This document shows positions 15,121-29,338 of a stretch of DNA of 64,000 bases, piece by piece. Each line of letters begins with the position of its first letter. Positions within the stretch are counted from its first letter, which is position 1. The notes beneath the pieces were generated by a model that worked only from the letters and a program-made list of their open reading frames with translations, was not told the origin of the DNA and searched no databases. The stretch comes from Ginglymostoma cirratum (lineage: Eukaryota), in NCBI GenBank assembly GCA_024137785.1, contig JAHRHZ010000069.1, forward strand, positions 22,280,750-22,344,749, given 5' to 3'. Made by a program: the position numbers and the translations under genes.

Positions 15121-16279
15121 TGAACTCCGAATAATGGATTCATGAATGCACACATGATACACTACAGTGTACATGTTTGACGATGACCAAAGCTATTAGA
15201 TATTTAATTGCGCTGAACCAGTACTTGTATGGTGAACCCACTCCTGTATGATTTGCTTATCCAGTCATTCAAATGAGTTGTGTATGTACAGGCATTTTTA
15301 ATGCAGTCCATTATTTTATTACTAATTTGTCTTTTGTATTAAAATCACAAGGTAATTGCAAGTATTTAATGTTTAGTACTGTTTGTTTGGAAAAGCACTG
15401 GACCAAACTACTTTACAGAAACAATAGATTAATTGTATCTGTAGATTAACATGGCATAGTATAAGATTTGTTAATATTGTGTGGATTTATTATGGTCATT
15501 GGACTTGTCTATAACCCCGCATGAAATGCCTGCTTTCTGCTTTGCCTTGCTTCTTGTGTGGTTCATTTAACTGAGCAATTTTTTTTGGGTTCCAATGAGT
15601 GTTCTTTCTTTGCTAATGATTAAATGTAACTGATTCAAGCTTGGCTTTTATGATTTTTAAGTTTGAGGTTCTATAAGAATCCACACAGTTTACTTGCCGA
15701 TACATGCTGCAGCTCACGGTTTTTAATTAGTGATTTTATTTTTCTTGCGTATCAAAGCTGTAGCATAGAAACTAACGTTTTTTTGGTTCCAAATGGATCT
15801 CACTGGATTTGAGGTTTGCTTGCCTTTCTGCAATGAGAAAGAACAGAACATTGGCAAAGTGCTAAATTTACTCACATCATAGAACTCCTAAACTTGGCCT
15901 AATCAATACCGGAGGTGAGCACCAGAGACTGTGGCACCAACCACAACCACAATTAGTGTTGATTTGCATTTGGATGCTTCATTATAATCTTGACATCATG
16001 AAGGAATGACATTATACCAAGGTGTCTCCTTTGACCTCTGGAAGTTTCACAGTATCCCACCCCAAGATAGTTGTGTTTTTTATGTGCAGTGTTTGCTGAT
16101 CCACAGTTCTGCATTGCATTAATTAACCAGAACAAGATCTCAGATGCCTGAATATACGCTGTTTAAAAAAGACATCTAGTTATTCATGAGCCTCCAAATT
16201 TTCCAAGAGTGTAAAGTACATGAATCAAATTTTGCCTTTCCCTGGGAAGGAAAAAGATGCTCTTGTGTTTGTGACAGAA

Positions 16280-16570
16280 AATTTAGACAATAGGTGCAGG
16301 AGTAGGCCATTCGGCCCTTCGAGCCAGCACCACCATTCATTATGATCATGGCTGATCGTCCACAATCAGTATCCTGTTCCTGCCTTATCCCCATAACCCT
16401 TGATTCCATTATCTATAAGGGCTCTATCCATCTCTTTCTTGAAAGTATCCAGAGACTTGGCCTCCACTGCCTTCTGGGGCAGGGCATTCCATACATCCAC
16501 CACTCTGGGTGAAGAAGTTTTTCCTCAACTCTGTTCTAAATGGCCCACCCCTTATTTTTAAACTGTGTAT
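16280..16570 (-). mobile_element. Well-preserved CR1 LINE 3' end
   Basis: ggtgcaggagtaggccattcggcccttcgagcc and the ORF2 terminus in reverse. Confidence 0.85.
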
Positions 16571-17145
16571 ATAAATCATTTTTTAACTTAATTAAAGGCC
16601 CCAGAATAATTCTCTCAATATTTATTCCATTTGTCCTTTTTAATGCCCACAATACTGAGAGCTTGAAACATTATATGTTGACTTGCATGAGGATTGTCAA
16701 TTTGCATTTCATTTTTTGAATTGCCATTATTAAATATCACTGAGATAATAGATTTCAGTAGAGCACCTGCTTCCTGTAGCAAGTGGCACCCCTTGCAGTT
16801 GGCATTTCCTTGCTAGACTCCTGTCCTACATGTCCACTAGAAGACTGCGGATGCATTATTTTACTAGAGAAGGAAACAGACCCTGGATCCACCTAGGAAC
16901 TGCATGCGACCTCTTGAAAACCCTGCAATATCTGTGGGAAATCATCTTTGACTATTGACAGCTAAAAATCTTTAGAAGAGCTAAAGAGGGAGCTGCGCAT
17001 TACTACTTCACAGATGCATTTTGTAGAACAGATTGCCAATGTTTTGATCATCAACCATGGGATGTAAAGCATTCCATCATTAATTTTGCTTGGTGGCACA
17101 GTAAATTAACCCCTGACCTTCTGTCTCCCTGTCCTCCTCTCCTAA

Positions 17146-17415
<270 letters not shown>

Positions 17416-18159
17416 TGACAGAAACGAGACACCTGACACTTCGATTACATGTTGCAAATTGACAGTGACTTTACAAATTCTCCTGCTTTAATTTGTGGCA
17501 TATTTTTATTTTCAAGATTTATTTAGCTTTGATTCAAATTGTCGATTTTGTTTTAAATCTGTAAATGAAAAGTCCTACAAGTTCAAGGTGTAACAATTTA
17601 ATATGACATATTTATAAGGTGGTAACAGTAATTTTAATGATTTGGCACTCCCAGCATGACGTTTTTTCCAATTGGGAAACCCATTGTCAGTATGGGTCTA
17701 GGGCACCTGATTTGTAGCTCGTCCAATCTTCTGCCCTTCATTTCCTACACGATCTTTTCTTTCTTTTATTGTAAACTAGTTCAAATTAGTCTATGCCCAA
17801 GCCACAGGTAATTTACTTTTTCTTACGTATGATACCACAACCTTTGCAGATATTTCAGTGGTCATATTTCTTGGTTCAGATCATCTAAAATGCAACAATG
17901 GTAGCTGAATATGTCAAATTTTGTTTTTATTAAGTGAAATTACAAGATTTGTATTGGTGCTTTCTAAAAAAAAATCATATTCATTCATTTTCAGTAGAGA
18001 CTAAACAATCAGAAACCTAATAATTTAAAAGTTGGATTTCACAATAGAATTGTAAGCATTCCAAGAACTGTCAGCATGTGTGAAGCTACGTTTCTGATGT
18101 TTGTGGAATGATAACAATGAAAAATGTTTCTCTTTTAACATTTTCACACTCTATTCTGC

Positions 18160-21100
18160 ATGATGATTATTAACATGTCTGTCTGGATGTAATCCATTGA
18201 GAGAGAATTTGAGAAGAATCCACCATCCATAACTAACAAAGTTCAGGATGGTATCAAGTTGAAAGAAAAACCCTGCAGCTTTGAAGATTAGTGATAGGTC
18301 GGGAGGTTAGGAACACCTTTAAAACCATTAAGGGAAGAAAGTGAAATATGAGAGTAAGCAGACAGGAAATGGAAAAACCAACATTAAGAGCATCAAAGAA
18401 AGCTAAAGTAAATGTTGGTCCCCTGTGGGATGAGATTGAAGGATATGATAAAACCTTGAACAAGTACTTTGTATTCATCTGTATGATAGATAACACAAAA
18501 AGCATTGTAATAACAGTTAAGAAAATCAAGGGTAAAAAGGGAGGAATACGAAGTAATCATTATCACTGGAGAAGTACTGGGTAAACTAATGGGATTATTG
18601 GTTGACAAGTCCCCTTGTTCTGATGGCCTGCATTTCAAGATCTTAGAAAAAGTGGTGGCTGGGATAGTTAATGTATGAATTGATTGATTGTAAAGTGCCA
18701 GAAAGCACAGTGGATTGGCAAACTGCAAATGTTCATGTCTAATCAGAAAGGAGGAAGACCGAAATTAGGGAACTATAAGCAAAGCAAAACACAACGGGCG
18801 TTGAAAATCTGAAATAAAAGCGGGAAGTGCTGAAGAAACTTAGCAGGTCTAGCAGCATATGTGGAAAGAGAAAAACAGAATTACGTTACAAGTCCTCTTC
18901 AATTTTGAAGAAGTGACAGCAGAATGTTTGGAAAATCATAAGTGTTGTCTCCCCGTGCTTGTATTATGAAAGGAAGCTCATGCTTGATAAATTTATTTCT
19001 TCCTTCGAGGTCTTTGAGTCCTTGGAAGATGTAACAAGCTTGTTGGATTAAGCAAGACCAGTAGATACAATATATTTGGATTTCCAAAAGATATTCAATG
19101 AGTTGCTAAATAAAAGGTTACTGGGCAAGAAAATGGCTCCTGGTGCTGGGGGTGATGGATTAGCATGGATAGTGAATTGACGAACAACAAACAGTGTCAG
19201 GAAAAATGGCATGTTTTCGGGTTGGAACACTCTAATTAGTAGAATGCTACAATAGGCTGAAGCCTCAACTACCAATAGACGACATTAATAACCAGAATGA
19301 AGGGACTAAATTTGCTGATGATTCAAAAATAGGCAGGAGAATAAATAGGCTTACAGGATGAAAGGCCTGGATTTTCACAGAATTAGGTGAGCCATTTGAA
19401 TCATTTAAAGTGGCAGGTGGGTTCTGATTCTGGGATTTCAGCATCTCCCAGATTTTGCTGGCAAGCAGGGAAAAAAGCCATAATTTTGGGGAAAGATAGG
19501 CTGGTGTTTCTACATTTGAGTGTTAATCAATAAAAGAAGCTTTAAGCATTTCATGCCTCTTAATCATGTAAACATATATGTTGAGACAATGACAAAACAG
19601 ACGCAAAATATAATTTATAACCACATGAAGATGTTAAACAGAAACAAAATTTGGTCTGTACCTGGTGTATCCTGGCTGAAATCAACCGAGAAGTCCATAA
19701 GTTGGCTTGGGAGCTATGATGGGACGTAGGATGGATGAGTATGAGTTGTCTTGGGAATTGTGAGGGCTAAAGCGCCTGATAGATTTTAATACAACTAGTT
19801 AGAGGTCCCAGAGAACTGAGCTGGGCCTCTTGACCAGTCCACATTGACACTTCTCCTCTCCTATAGCTACTTCCAGTCTTCCTCCCTGGAACAATGGGTC
19901 TGAGTCCATCCCATGTTGCCCTAATGTCACATCCCTGCAGCATATCTCCAGCCATCCATAGGCCTTTCTGCAGCAAACCTCCAAGGAAAAGAGTCTATAA
20001 AGGCACATATGTAAGTTGAATGAATGGACAACAATTTGGCACATTAAATATAGTTTAGGATTCTGTGAGGTTTTCCACTTCTGCAGAAAGAAGAGAAAAG
20101 CAGAACGTTATTTAAATGGTGACACACTGCAGAATGCTGTAGTCCAGAGGGATTGGGATGTCCTCTCACATGAATGACTGACAGAGTTGACATGCATGTA
20201 CAGCAAGTAATTTGAAGGCAAATGATGTTACCCTTCAAGCAAGAGAATAGAGTATGAAAGTGGGAGGTATCTTGGTCCATATTGGTGAGATTATATGCAG
20301 AGTACTGTGTACCATTTCGATTTTGTTATTTAAGTAGTGATTTATTTTTGGTCACTAAGTTGATTTCCGGGATGAAAGGGTTACCTTTTGAGGAAAGTTT
20401 GAGGATTTTGGGCCTTCAATTACCAGATTTTAGAAGAATGATGCTGTTGAAACGTAGGCCTAAATAATACGGGGGCGGGGAGACAACTAAGTAATCTAAT
20501 ACACAGGACATTGCGTGACATCTCATTTTGGAGGGTATCCCATCCTCTGCAGCTCCTGTAGTCTTGGCAATTTCAAAGCTCAGTCATTTGCACTTCTACA
20601 AATGCAGGGCGGTCCATAAAGAAGCCAGCTATGGATCCTGAAGCACGATACATCATGTGTGGGTGGTGTTCACGCAGCCTCAGGTGGGGCTGGAGTTGTG
20701 GGTTTTGAAGTATAGGTTGGTAAGAAAGAAGGAGCATACCGTCTTGTCAGAAGTCACCCAAGAGGGTAAGGACACCCTCTAAAATTGGACCCTGCCACCA
20801 TTCCTTCCTGTCATTTTTATATTTGAAGAAACAAGCTACCCATATCATGGTTTATGGTATGGGTACAGGGTAACCTTGGAGTCAATTCAGCTCTTAGCAA
20901 GCTCACTTGAACCTTAATTATTTATTTGTATATGGCTAGTGGCTACTGATCCCAGTGCCCACTCCCTCTCTGTACCCAGCAGGTGCGCTCAGGGCTGGGT
21001 AGGAAATTGATGGGCTAGATACCCCAACTTATATTATGGGCCCACTTGTCAAAAAACCACCCAGTAGGGGCACATAATATCCAAATCATAGATTCTAAAG

Positions 21101-21445
21101 GGACTTGACAGTGGAGATCCTCAGGGAATTTTCCTCTCGTGAGGCATTCTTGAACTGAGAACACAATATCAAAACAAGTGACCTCCCATTTAAGATGGAG
21201 GTGAGGTCTCTCTTCCCTCAGACATTTCTGAATCTTTGCAGTTGTTTCTCAAAAGACAACTAGGGTCTGGGTCGTCGAAATTTATTCAAGGCTCCGTTAG
21301 ACAGGCTTCTAATGTACAATGGAGCCAAGCGTTATGTAGCCAAGAAGGGAAATGGATCTAAAGGCACAATCAAGCCAACCATGATCTTATTGAATGGTAA
21401 AGCAAGTGCACGTCATATGGCTTGCTCCTGCTCCTGTCTATTAGG
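18160..21445 (+). mobile_element. Fragmented old CR1 LINE with nested insertions
   Basis: Collinear decayed ORF2 pieces (aagtccccttgttctgatggcctgcat; atatatttggatttccaaaag; aaatttgctgatgattcaaaaataggc) and a 3' end near 21440. Confidence 0.65.
18781..18955 (-). mobile_element. Old PLE pLTR fragment nested in CR1
   Basis: gaaacttagcaggtctagcagcatatgtgga resembles 24281-24310. Head-to-head junction cttcaa-tt-ttgaag near 18897-18910. Confidence 0.5.
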
Positions 21446-21513
21446 AAAATAAACGAATGTGTCTAAAATAATCAGTGCAATATTGTATCTAAAGATTTTT
21501 TTTCTTCTTATAG

Positions 21514-21607
21514 AATCCTCCAATCCATCCTTGCTAACAAATGCAGAAAAGATTGCAACAATTACAACTACTCATAACCCTCAGCAGCCACCACAGGATG
21601 GTGGAAG
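21514..21607 (+). CDS. MAGI1: MAGI1 exon, PDZ4-PDZ5 linker (ESSNPSLLTNAEKIATITTTHNPQQPPQDGGR)
   Basis: ttttttttcttcttatAG acceptor, AAG|gtaaga donor, 94 nt, phase 1 to 2. LLTNAEKIATITTTH as in mammalian MAGI1. Confidence 0.94.
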
Positions 21608-22831
21608 GTAAGATATGTCCTTATTGCTTTGTAGTTACTGTGATGTAGCAGTATTTGGAAGCACTCCATTTGTTTCCAGTTTAGAGCAAAATCAGCCCAG
21701 TTCCAATATCCTCACTACTATTTGTTAACTTCTATCTGGGCATAACATAGGAGTGAACGTCTCTCTGCCATCAAATGTCATCCCCTCCCCCAAAAATAGT
21801 TGTTATAAGCAAAAATGGAAAGTTTAGTTTAACAAAACTACCACCGGCAGCAAGCTGAAGGCAAGAATAGGCTTGGCTGCCAGTCGATAATATCTGTTTG
21901 TTCATGACAGATGATCAGCATTCACATGCATTACCAGGGGGTTACCAGTCATCATAGAACTGAGCCCCAGCCACATCTCCACATACAGGAGAGAAGGACA
22001 GAGAGCAGTGGGGGATGAGTTGTGGGGAAAAAAGGTAAAATTGGAGATAAGTCATTGGCCTGAAGTTTATAGTCAGCAGCAGTGATGACCCTCACATTTG
22101 ACATTGAAGAAAGCTACTCACATAGGTTGGGCCTCCTTTCAGGAGGATCTCCTGGCATCCGGCAGCAGGATTGTGAGCAAGCTGTTTACACATCAAATGA
22201 GACTGAAGAATTCAAACAGATAACAAACCAAGAAATAAAGTATATAGATTATCTTCCCTGTTTATTATTTTACAGGGATTGAAATAAAGTTTGGCACATA
22301 CCAAGAGAAGACAAAATTTAGCTTTCTAATAAAACATTTTTATCAAAATGGAAAATTTTAGTCGTGCAGTTATAAAATGTGTTTCCATTTCTTGATTTAT
22401 TTAGGAACCTCATGAGATTCTTAAGCAATAAATCTGACTTAGTGTGTAGTTATAAACCATGTCCACCACATTAACAAGGTGTAATTTTTTTTGTGTGTGT
22501 AAGAGCAATGTTACTGCTTAACACAAGAAATTCTCATCAATTCAGTGATTTCTAAAGCATTGCCATCCATGGGAACTTCAGCACAATGTGTAGAGGAGCG
22601 AGGACAATTTCCTCACTGAAATAGTGAACACTGGGAGGATCACAATCAGTAGAACCCCAAAATACACCAATGTGTAATAGGTAATGCAGAAGAATTGATA
22701 GCTTGATTTTACCTTGTTCTGTAAAATGACTTTAATTATGATTTTTTAAAATAGGATTTGAGCTCAGTGTAAATAAATGACTTGGAAGAACTCAAAACTC
22801 AATTTGTATTTTCTTTAAATTTTGTTTTAAG

Positions 22832-22883
22832 GAGTAACACAAAACCAAAGCCAGATGGATCGTATGATTATAAGTCAGCTCAG
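22832..22883 (+). CDS. MAGI1: MAGI1 52-nt linker exon (SNTKPKPDGSYDYKSAQ)
   Basis: ttttgttttaAG acceptor, CAG|gtatgt donor. Phase 2 to 0 bridges the flanking exons exactly; resembles mammalian NTTKPKQESQFEFKAPQ. Confidence 0.88.
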
Positions 22884-23576
22884 GTATGTTCAGGTGAATT
22901 TAATTACTGAAAATAGATGCAGTGTTTGATGAAATGGTATTAGATCAAGGCCATTTAAAGATGGGAATACTTATTAATATTATGTTTAGTATTATTATCT
23001 TAAATCCAGTGCATGTGGAGATCAGGGAGAGGAGTTGCAGTCATGTAATTTTATTGCCATTCACTCACTATTTGATCAGCAAGGTGTTCACTTGACCCCT
23101 GCCACTTTTCAATCAGCGTCTCTGGAAGCACTAAAATGAGCTAAATTGCTTTATTTTCTGTTGTTTCCTCCAACTTCATGAGGCAATGCTTGTCTTCTGC
23201 TCAATTTCTGCTGCTTAATTCACACTTGCCTCAAAAGCTTTTGGGGAGATTAGAGATGGAAACTCCCAATGTGACGTCAATTCTTGCCACCACACAGCAA
23301 AACGTATTAGTGTACCATTATAGTATTGGGCCAATATCTCAATGTTTGATGTTTTGGTAAGGTAGCTGACTTTGCTTCTGAAAATTACCTTTTGGCCTTA
23401 GCATTTATTTCCTGTTTGTAGGAGGCTAGCCAGTGTGTTATTTTAATGCAAGCAAACAATAAGAAGGATTTGAGTCCATAATTATTAATTTAAGTACATT
23501 AATACGATTTTAGTGTAACCAGTCACAACTGAAATGCTTAAACTGAGTGAACTAAACGGTTAAGCCAAACTCCTTT

Positions 23577-23670
23577 TTTCTGATGAAGGGTTTAGGCCCA
23601 AAACGTCAAGTTTTCCTGCTCCTATGATGCTGCTTGACCTGCTGTGTTCATCCAGCCCCATGCTTGTTAT
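23577..23670 (+). mobile_element. PLE-derived insertion with hammerhead motif carrying G12A (CCCAAAAC)
   Basis: Two differences from the 707 copy over about 90 nt. TSD ctccttt at 23570-23576 and 23671-23677. Confidence 0.78.
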
Positions 23671-24117
23671 CTCCTTTGCATCACTACTTTTTTGAGGTGC
23701 AACAAATTTTGAAATGACTTAAAACTATCAATACTAGATGAATTATTGAGCAGTTTCGTTAAGAAACACAGAAGCACATTGTTTTTGACAACGTTGTTGC
23801 TGATTTTTATTTTGTTTAATAATCCAAAACTTACATAGAATATTTCAGGAAAAAAAACAGACATTCTGCCAAACAGATCTGTTGTGGTGTTTGTTACACA
23901 TGAACCTCCTTCCATTTGAACTCCTATTAGCACAATCTGTTCAGTTTTTTGTTAATTATCTGACTATATTCTCCAGTTATGTCTTTGTAATTATCTTTTT
24001 TTTTCTTCAATAAATCCATATTTACCTGAACCATTCTGTTTACATTCTGATTGAAGAACTTTGTCCTGAATTGCTTATTGGATTTTGGTATTTTTAATCA
24101 TCCTGTCTAGGGATGTT

Positions 24118-24200
24118 ATAATACACCTCTGGAGCAGGTGAGACTTGAACCCAGCCCTCCTACCTCAGAGGTGGGGGCATGTTCACTGTGCCACGAGAGC
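24118..24200 (-). mobile_element. tRNA-derived SINE head
   Basis: Reverse strand TGGCACAGTG ... GGTTCAAGTC (A/B boxes); similar to 32388-32468. Confidence 0.5.
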
Positions 24201-24257
24201 TTTCTTGAACTTACTCTGCCAAACTTCTTCATAATTTGAAGAACCTGTTTATGTCTT

Positions 24258-25032
24258 CAACGAACGCAGAAAATGTTGGAGAAACTCAGCAGGTCTGGCA
24301 GCATCTGTGGAGAGAGAAGCAGAGTTAATACTTCAAGTCAGGTTTGACACTCCCTCAGAACTGAAAGGTGTTGGAAACTTTTTTTTAACGTACTCTTAAC
24401 AGAGGTGGAGAAGACAAAGAGGTTGTTACTGGTGAATGAAAACAAAAGGATGTAAAATGGGTGTAAATTAAGGTATGGAAAGGAGAGACTTGCTTCTTTC
24501 TATTAATTAAAAAGGAAACAAGACATAAACAATAAGGCTATGGGGGAGGGAATGGAAGAGAATTAAGAAAAATGGAGAACGACATAATGGAGTCAGTTTC
24601 TGAAGTTATTGAATTCAATATTGAGACCTTGAAGCTGTTATGTGCCAAAGCAGAAAATGAGTTATTGTTCCTGTAGCTTGCATTGTGTTTTGCTGCAACA
24701 CTGCAAAGCGGCGGTGGTCAACAAAGCAGTCACCCAGACTGTGTTTGCCTTGCCAATGTAAACTCTGTGGCGAATAGTGCATACAGAGGACCAGGTTGAA
24801 AGAAGTACAGGTGAACTTCCACTTCGCCTGGCAGGTATGATTGGGGCCTTGGATGATGACGAAGATGGAAGTGAATGGCAAGTGTTAATCCTTGTGCAAT
24901 TATATGGATAGGTGCCATGGAGAAATGAGAAAGCATTAGAAGTGATGCAGGACTGGACCAGTGAGTCACACAGGGAGTAGTCTGTGCAGAATTTCAAATG
25001 TTCAGCATCCGCAGTATTTTGTCTTTATTCAA
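24258..25032 (-). mobile_element. Degraded Penelope-like element: GIY-YIG endonuclease remnant plus pLTR, with inverted end
   Basis: Minus frames give FTCTSFNLV, VYIG and SLGDCFVDH, typical of the PLE GIY-YIG region. Decayed pLTR/hammerhead at 24260-24365. Degenerate TSD at 24245-24257 and 25033-25045. Confidence 0.7.
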
Positions 25033-28000
25033 CTGTGTGTGTCTTTTTTTTTCTGTAGAACCCCAGCCTACTCGGCTTTCCTGATACTTCCCTGATACTA
25101 ATGAACGCCTTGAAAACAACCTTTAATGTATTGCTTTTTCAATGCTCCCTTGAGCAAGGCACCATAAAATATTGCATTTAATTCTTCAAAATATTTCACT
25201 ATCAGTTTGTGATTTGTGCTGATCACAGTATGAGCAGTCATTTGGCTGAGATTGATGTAAATGTTTGCCTTAGAAAGGGAAATCTTTCTGCAGTTTGAAG
25301 GGCCAAATAAGCTTGCTTTCTGCAAGATCTCCTGCATTCTATTGCATGTAAAGCCACTGCAACCGTAGGTAATGGGTACTGAGAAATGTAATTAATCAGG
25401 GCCTTTAGTCTGAACTATGGAGCTACATTAATGTCAGTCATTCACGACACCTATTGAATCATTGCTTTATAGACCACAGTATTGAGCCCCTTTTTGTACT
25501 TCAATTTGAATAAAATGAACATTTGACAAACTGAACCAACCTTTGATATCTCAGTTAGAAGTTACACTGTCTGGTATGTGTCAAGGTTTGTTCAATATGT
25601 TACAATTGGCCTCATGACTCTGTGTAGAATAGAGTCAAATTGTTTGAGTTCCCACTCCTGATGACTGGCAAGTGACCTCTGGAGGAGATGTATATAACTT
25701 GAGTGGAATGTGATTAGATTCAGCTCTAAGTGTCGTCATATTGCCTGGTTATCAGGCATTACTGATGTGGGGTGGGGAAAATCAATATTTCTGTTCCTTC
25801 TCTACCTCCAAACAATGAGTTGACCTCGCTTAACAAATGTTTATACTTCTCTAATTTGTGTTCTGAGATTTCAAGATTTCTATGAAATTAAAAAGATCTA
25901 CTTGCTATCATAATTTCAGCTGTCAAGATTTTCATAGGGAAACCTTTCTCGTAAAATATTTTCTTTATTTATTGGAAATTGTTTGTGGTGGCATCACACT
26001 GCAAAATGGAGCAACAAATCCAAACAGTTTTCTGATGTGAAATCAAAGGAACAAGCAATTAATATAAATCCCTGAGTTTAAAATCTAGTCTGCAAAGGTT
26101 TGGTTTTCAATTGAATTGGATTCTTCTTTGTAATGATGAGTCATCTTTTTCAAAGTTATTACTTTGTTCCAGGCAATGTGTATCACTGCGTATATTCAGC
26201 CACTGGTTATCTGGCAAAATGTCTCATTGTGGGATTGGAGTCAGCATCGAATTAGATTCACTTGTACAACAGCCAAATTTATCAATCTCAAATCATCAGG
26301 ATTGACCCCCATATTCATCAGGTTCATGCTTGGTGAAGGAATATTCACTGATACAGGGGTGTTCTAGTCATTTCTCCTTTCCAAAACAGTCAGGTGCCAG
26401 AAGTATCATTTGAACAATACGTACAGGCTCAGTCAAGGCTTCTGTCGAGTGTGTCTGCAGCCAGTGTTCCATGGGAATGAGTGCCCTTCTGCTAATCCCA
26501 CAAATATTGGAGGGCATCAATGGGTACAATTCTTGGTAAAGCCACAGGAATACTGTAGATTTTTGAAACATTTATTCTAACTTCACATAAAACTCTGCTT
26601 TCTTAAATCAGGCCATCTATTAAAATGTTCTTAATCACTTATGTAGGGAGCATCTGGCATTGCATCCTTTACAGAGGAAACTAAATGGTTTAATCCAACA
26701 ATTTGGAGAATATTAATTGAAAAGTCTCGAAGCATTTTTGTTTCTTCTTCTGATGACAACAGACTTTTATTAGCATAGCTTTAATTACATTATTGACCTT
26801 GTTACTATGATGCATTAAAATAGAAGATTTAACCAGCATTCCAAAATTTGTATCATGGCTTGTTTTTCCTTTTTAATAGCTTAGCATACCTAACCTTTTA
26901 CCTTTGGAAAGCTGCGTTCTTTAATTTGGTATTGCTTTTGTATGTATCTGCCAAATAGAAATGTTTGATGTTAATTAAAAGCAGAATAGAAAGCTCCACG
27001 GGCACCATTGTACAGGTGGGTGGCCCAAACAGACTGCAGCTGCAGTGTGAGCACATCCCTACAAGATCTAAAGAAATAGAAATTACAGTGAGCCTATCAG
27101 GCCTGCTGTCCTAGAGGAAAATTAATTGTTTGCATTAAGGAATCTAAAATGATTGATTAACTCAATCAAAGTGCATTTATTTTCCAGTAAAAATTGTTGT
27201 GTTGATTTTTTTTTTTAAAAAATATAATGCGAGGGAGCATGCATCCCTCCATTCTATATGTAGGACCTATTCCAGGACCACACACTGTCTGATGGAGACC
27301 TCTGATGTGATTGTTACTCATGTGACTGTCATGTTGTTTCTGCCTCCTCTCTAGTCAGATGCCTTGCCCCCACTCAGAAGCTGTTTAGAGGTGACTAAGA
27401 AATGTAGGAGCACAAAGATTATCTACCACGATTACTCTACTCATGACTTTACATTACATTACCTAAACAGTATAGTGTCAAATTGACAAAAGATCCCGAA
27501 TCAAGGATAAGTAGTGTTAGGACACAAAGTGTTCAAGAAATATTAATGGATTGGAACAAAGACAGACATTATGCAAAAATACACACCACTGCTGTGAATT
27601 TTGCTGAAATACAGTGTGGAGCGATGAGCAATTCTTTGTTCTAAACAGCAAAAAAATGTTAGTGTAGTCTTTAATTAAGACCAACTAAGAGTGCACAGGG
27701 AAATGTAATTCAGTTATGTTGTTTCTGGGAATGTAACTGCATTGGAAGTCGTTTAGGAGAGAAAGGAAAACACCAAGCACCCCCTCCCCTTTAATTAAAA
27801 TAAAATCAATTAAATAAAGATACATTTGTCACTCCAATTTAATGGCTCCGGAGATAGTCCACAATTGAGGAATACGCTTAATATAAGATTATAATTACAG
27901 AAAAAGATAAGAGAAAAGCTCAGGAATTACAGGAGTGCTGTGTTGCAGAGAACCTCTATAGAAGTAATAAAAGTCCAAGAAAGCACAAGAACTGATATCC

Positions 28001-29164
28001 TTGTGATGGAATTATTATGATCAAAAGCCTATCTGCCCTAAAAGGAACCAAATTTAGCTACCATTTTCTTTATGGCTTGCAGTTGCTTTTCACTGAGGAA
28101 TTCACAATGCTTTTGCTGACTTTGTAATATGAGGCAATGAAAAAGGATCTTGTCCTAACCTCGAGTTACATTTTTGTGTGATACTAAGTTTGCTTACTAC
28201 AGATTCCCAGTGGCAGGTAGAACCTGCACTTGACGCAACTGTGCAAGTTTGGAATAGTTGAGGAAAGTAAAGTAGCTTCAGGATAAACAAGGCTGAGTGA
28301 TCTGAATGACAGCTCATCTATATCATGTTTTGTTATGGATCAGATTTAGTAATCGTGTTCCACAGGGAGCCCAAACCAAGTGAAATCTAAGGGTTAGAGT
28401 GAAGAATGCTTGAACAAAAGAACGTGAACTAATTCAGTCTTCATTTTAGAGGATTACATTCTGTCTTTTATTCATATATAATGCTTCTATAAAGTTTTTA
28501 ATTTGGACAGTACATTTATTTGAGCATTTGAGTTTTTCTGCAGTGCAGTTTAAGGCTCCTCACAGGCTGAGGAGTTTAAACTGAAGTATAAGCGTGCCAA
28601 CACAAGTGGGAGGGTGCAGATGCAAGGTGACAAGTTCATATTGGCAATTCCTACTATAAATGTGGACATACTTTATAAAATCAACTTTTCCCATTATAAA
28701 CTATGAGTAGACATAAGATTTTTAATACATTATGGATGATGCAGTTGAGCAGAGCAAAGCAAGTGGGAGTTGTGTTCAAATAGGAATGATTAATCTGCTG
28801 GAATGAATAATCCTAATTGATTACTGATATCAAAGAGGTGTCTGTGAGGAAAGCTGGGGTTAAAATGTTTTCTGAAGTAATTGTTCCTGCTCTTGGAGTT
28901 AATTGGTTCTCTGGACAGGAGGATAGATTCACCGGTAAAGACAACAGAGCAATTACAACTGGGTCCCAAGAACTTGATGTGGTATTAATATGCAAAACTC
29001 CCCCAGACCAGGGTGACCATTTTCTTTTTTTAAACCAATAAGGTGTCTTATTAGTGGGATATATAGGCACTCATTTATCTAGATTTTTTTTCATGTATAT
29101 TTGTCATTAAGATTTCATAAGTCAAGAAGACACCACTTTTTTTTTTGTTTGCAAACATTGTTGA

Positions 29165-29338
<174 letters not shown>

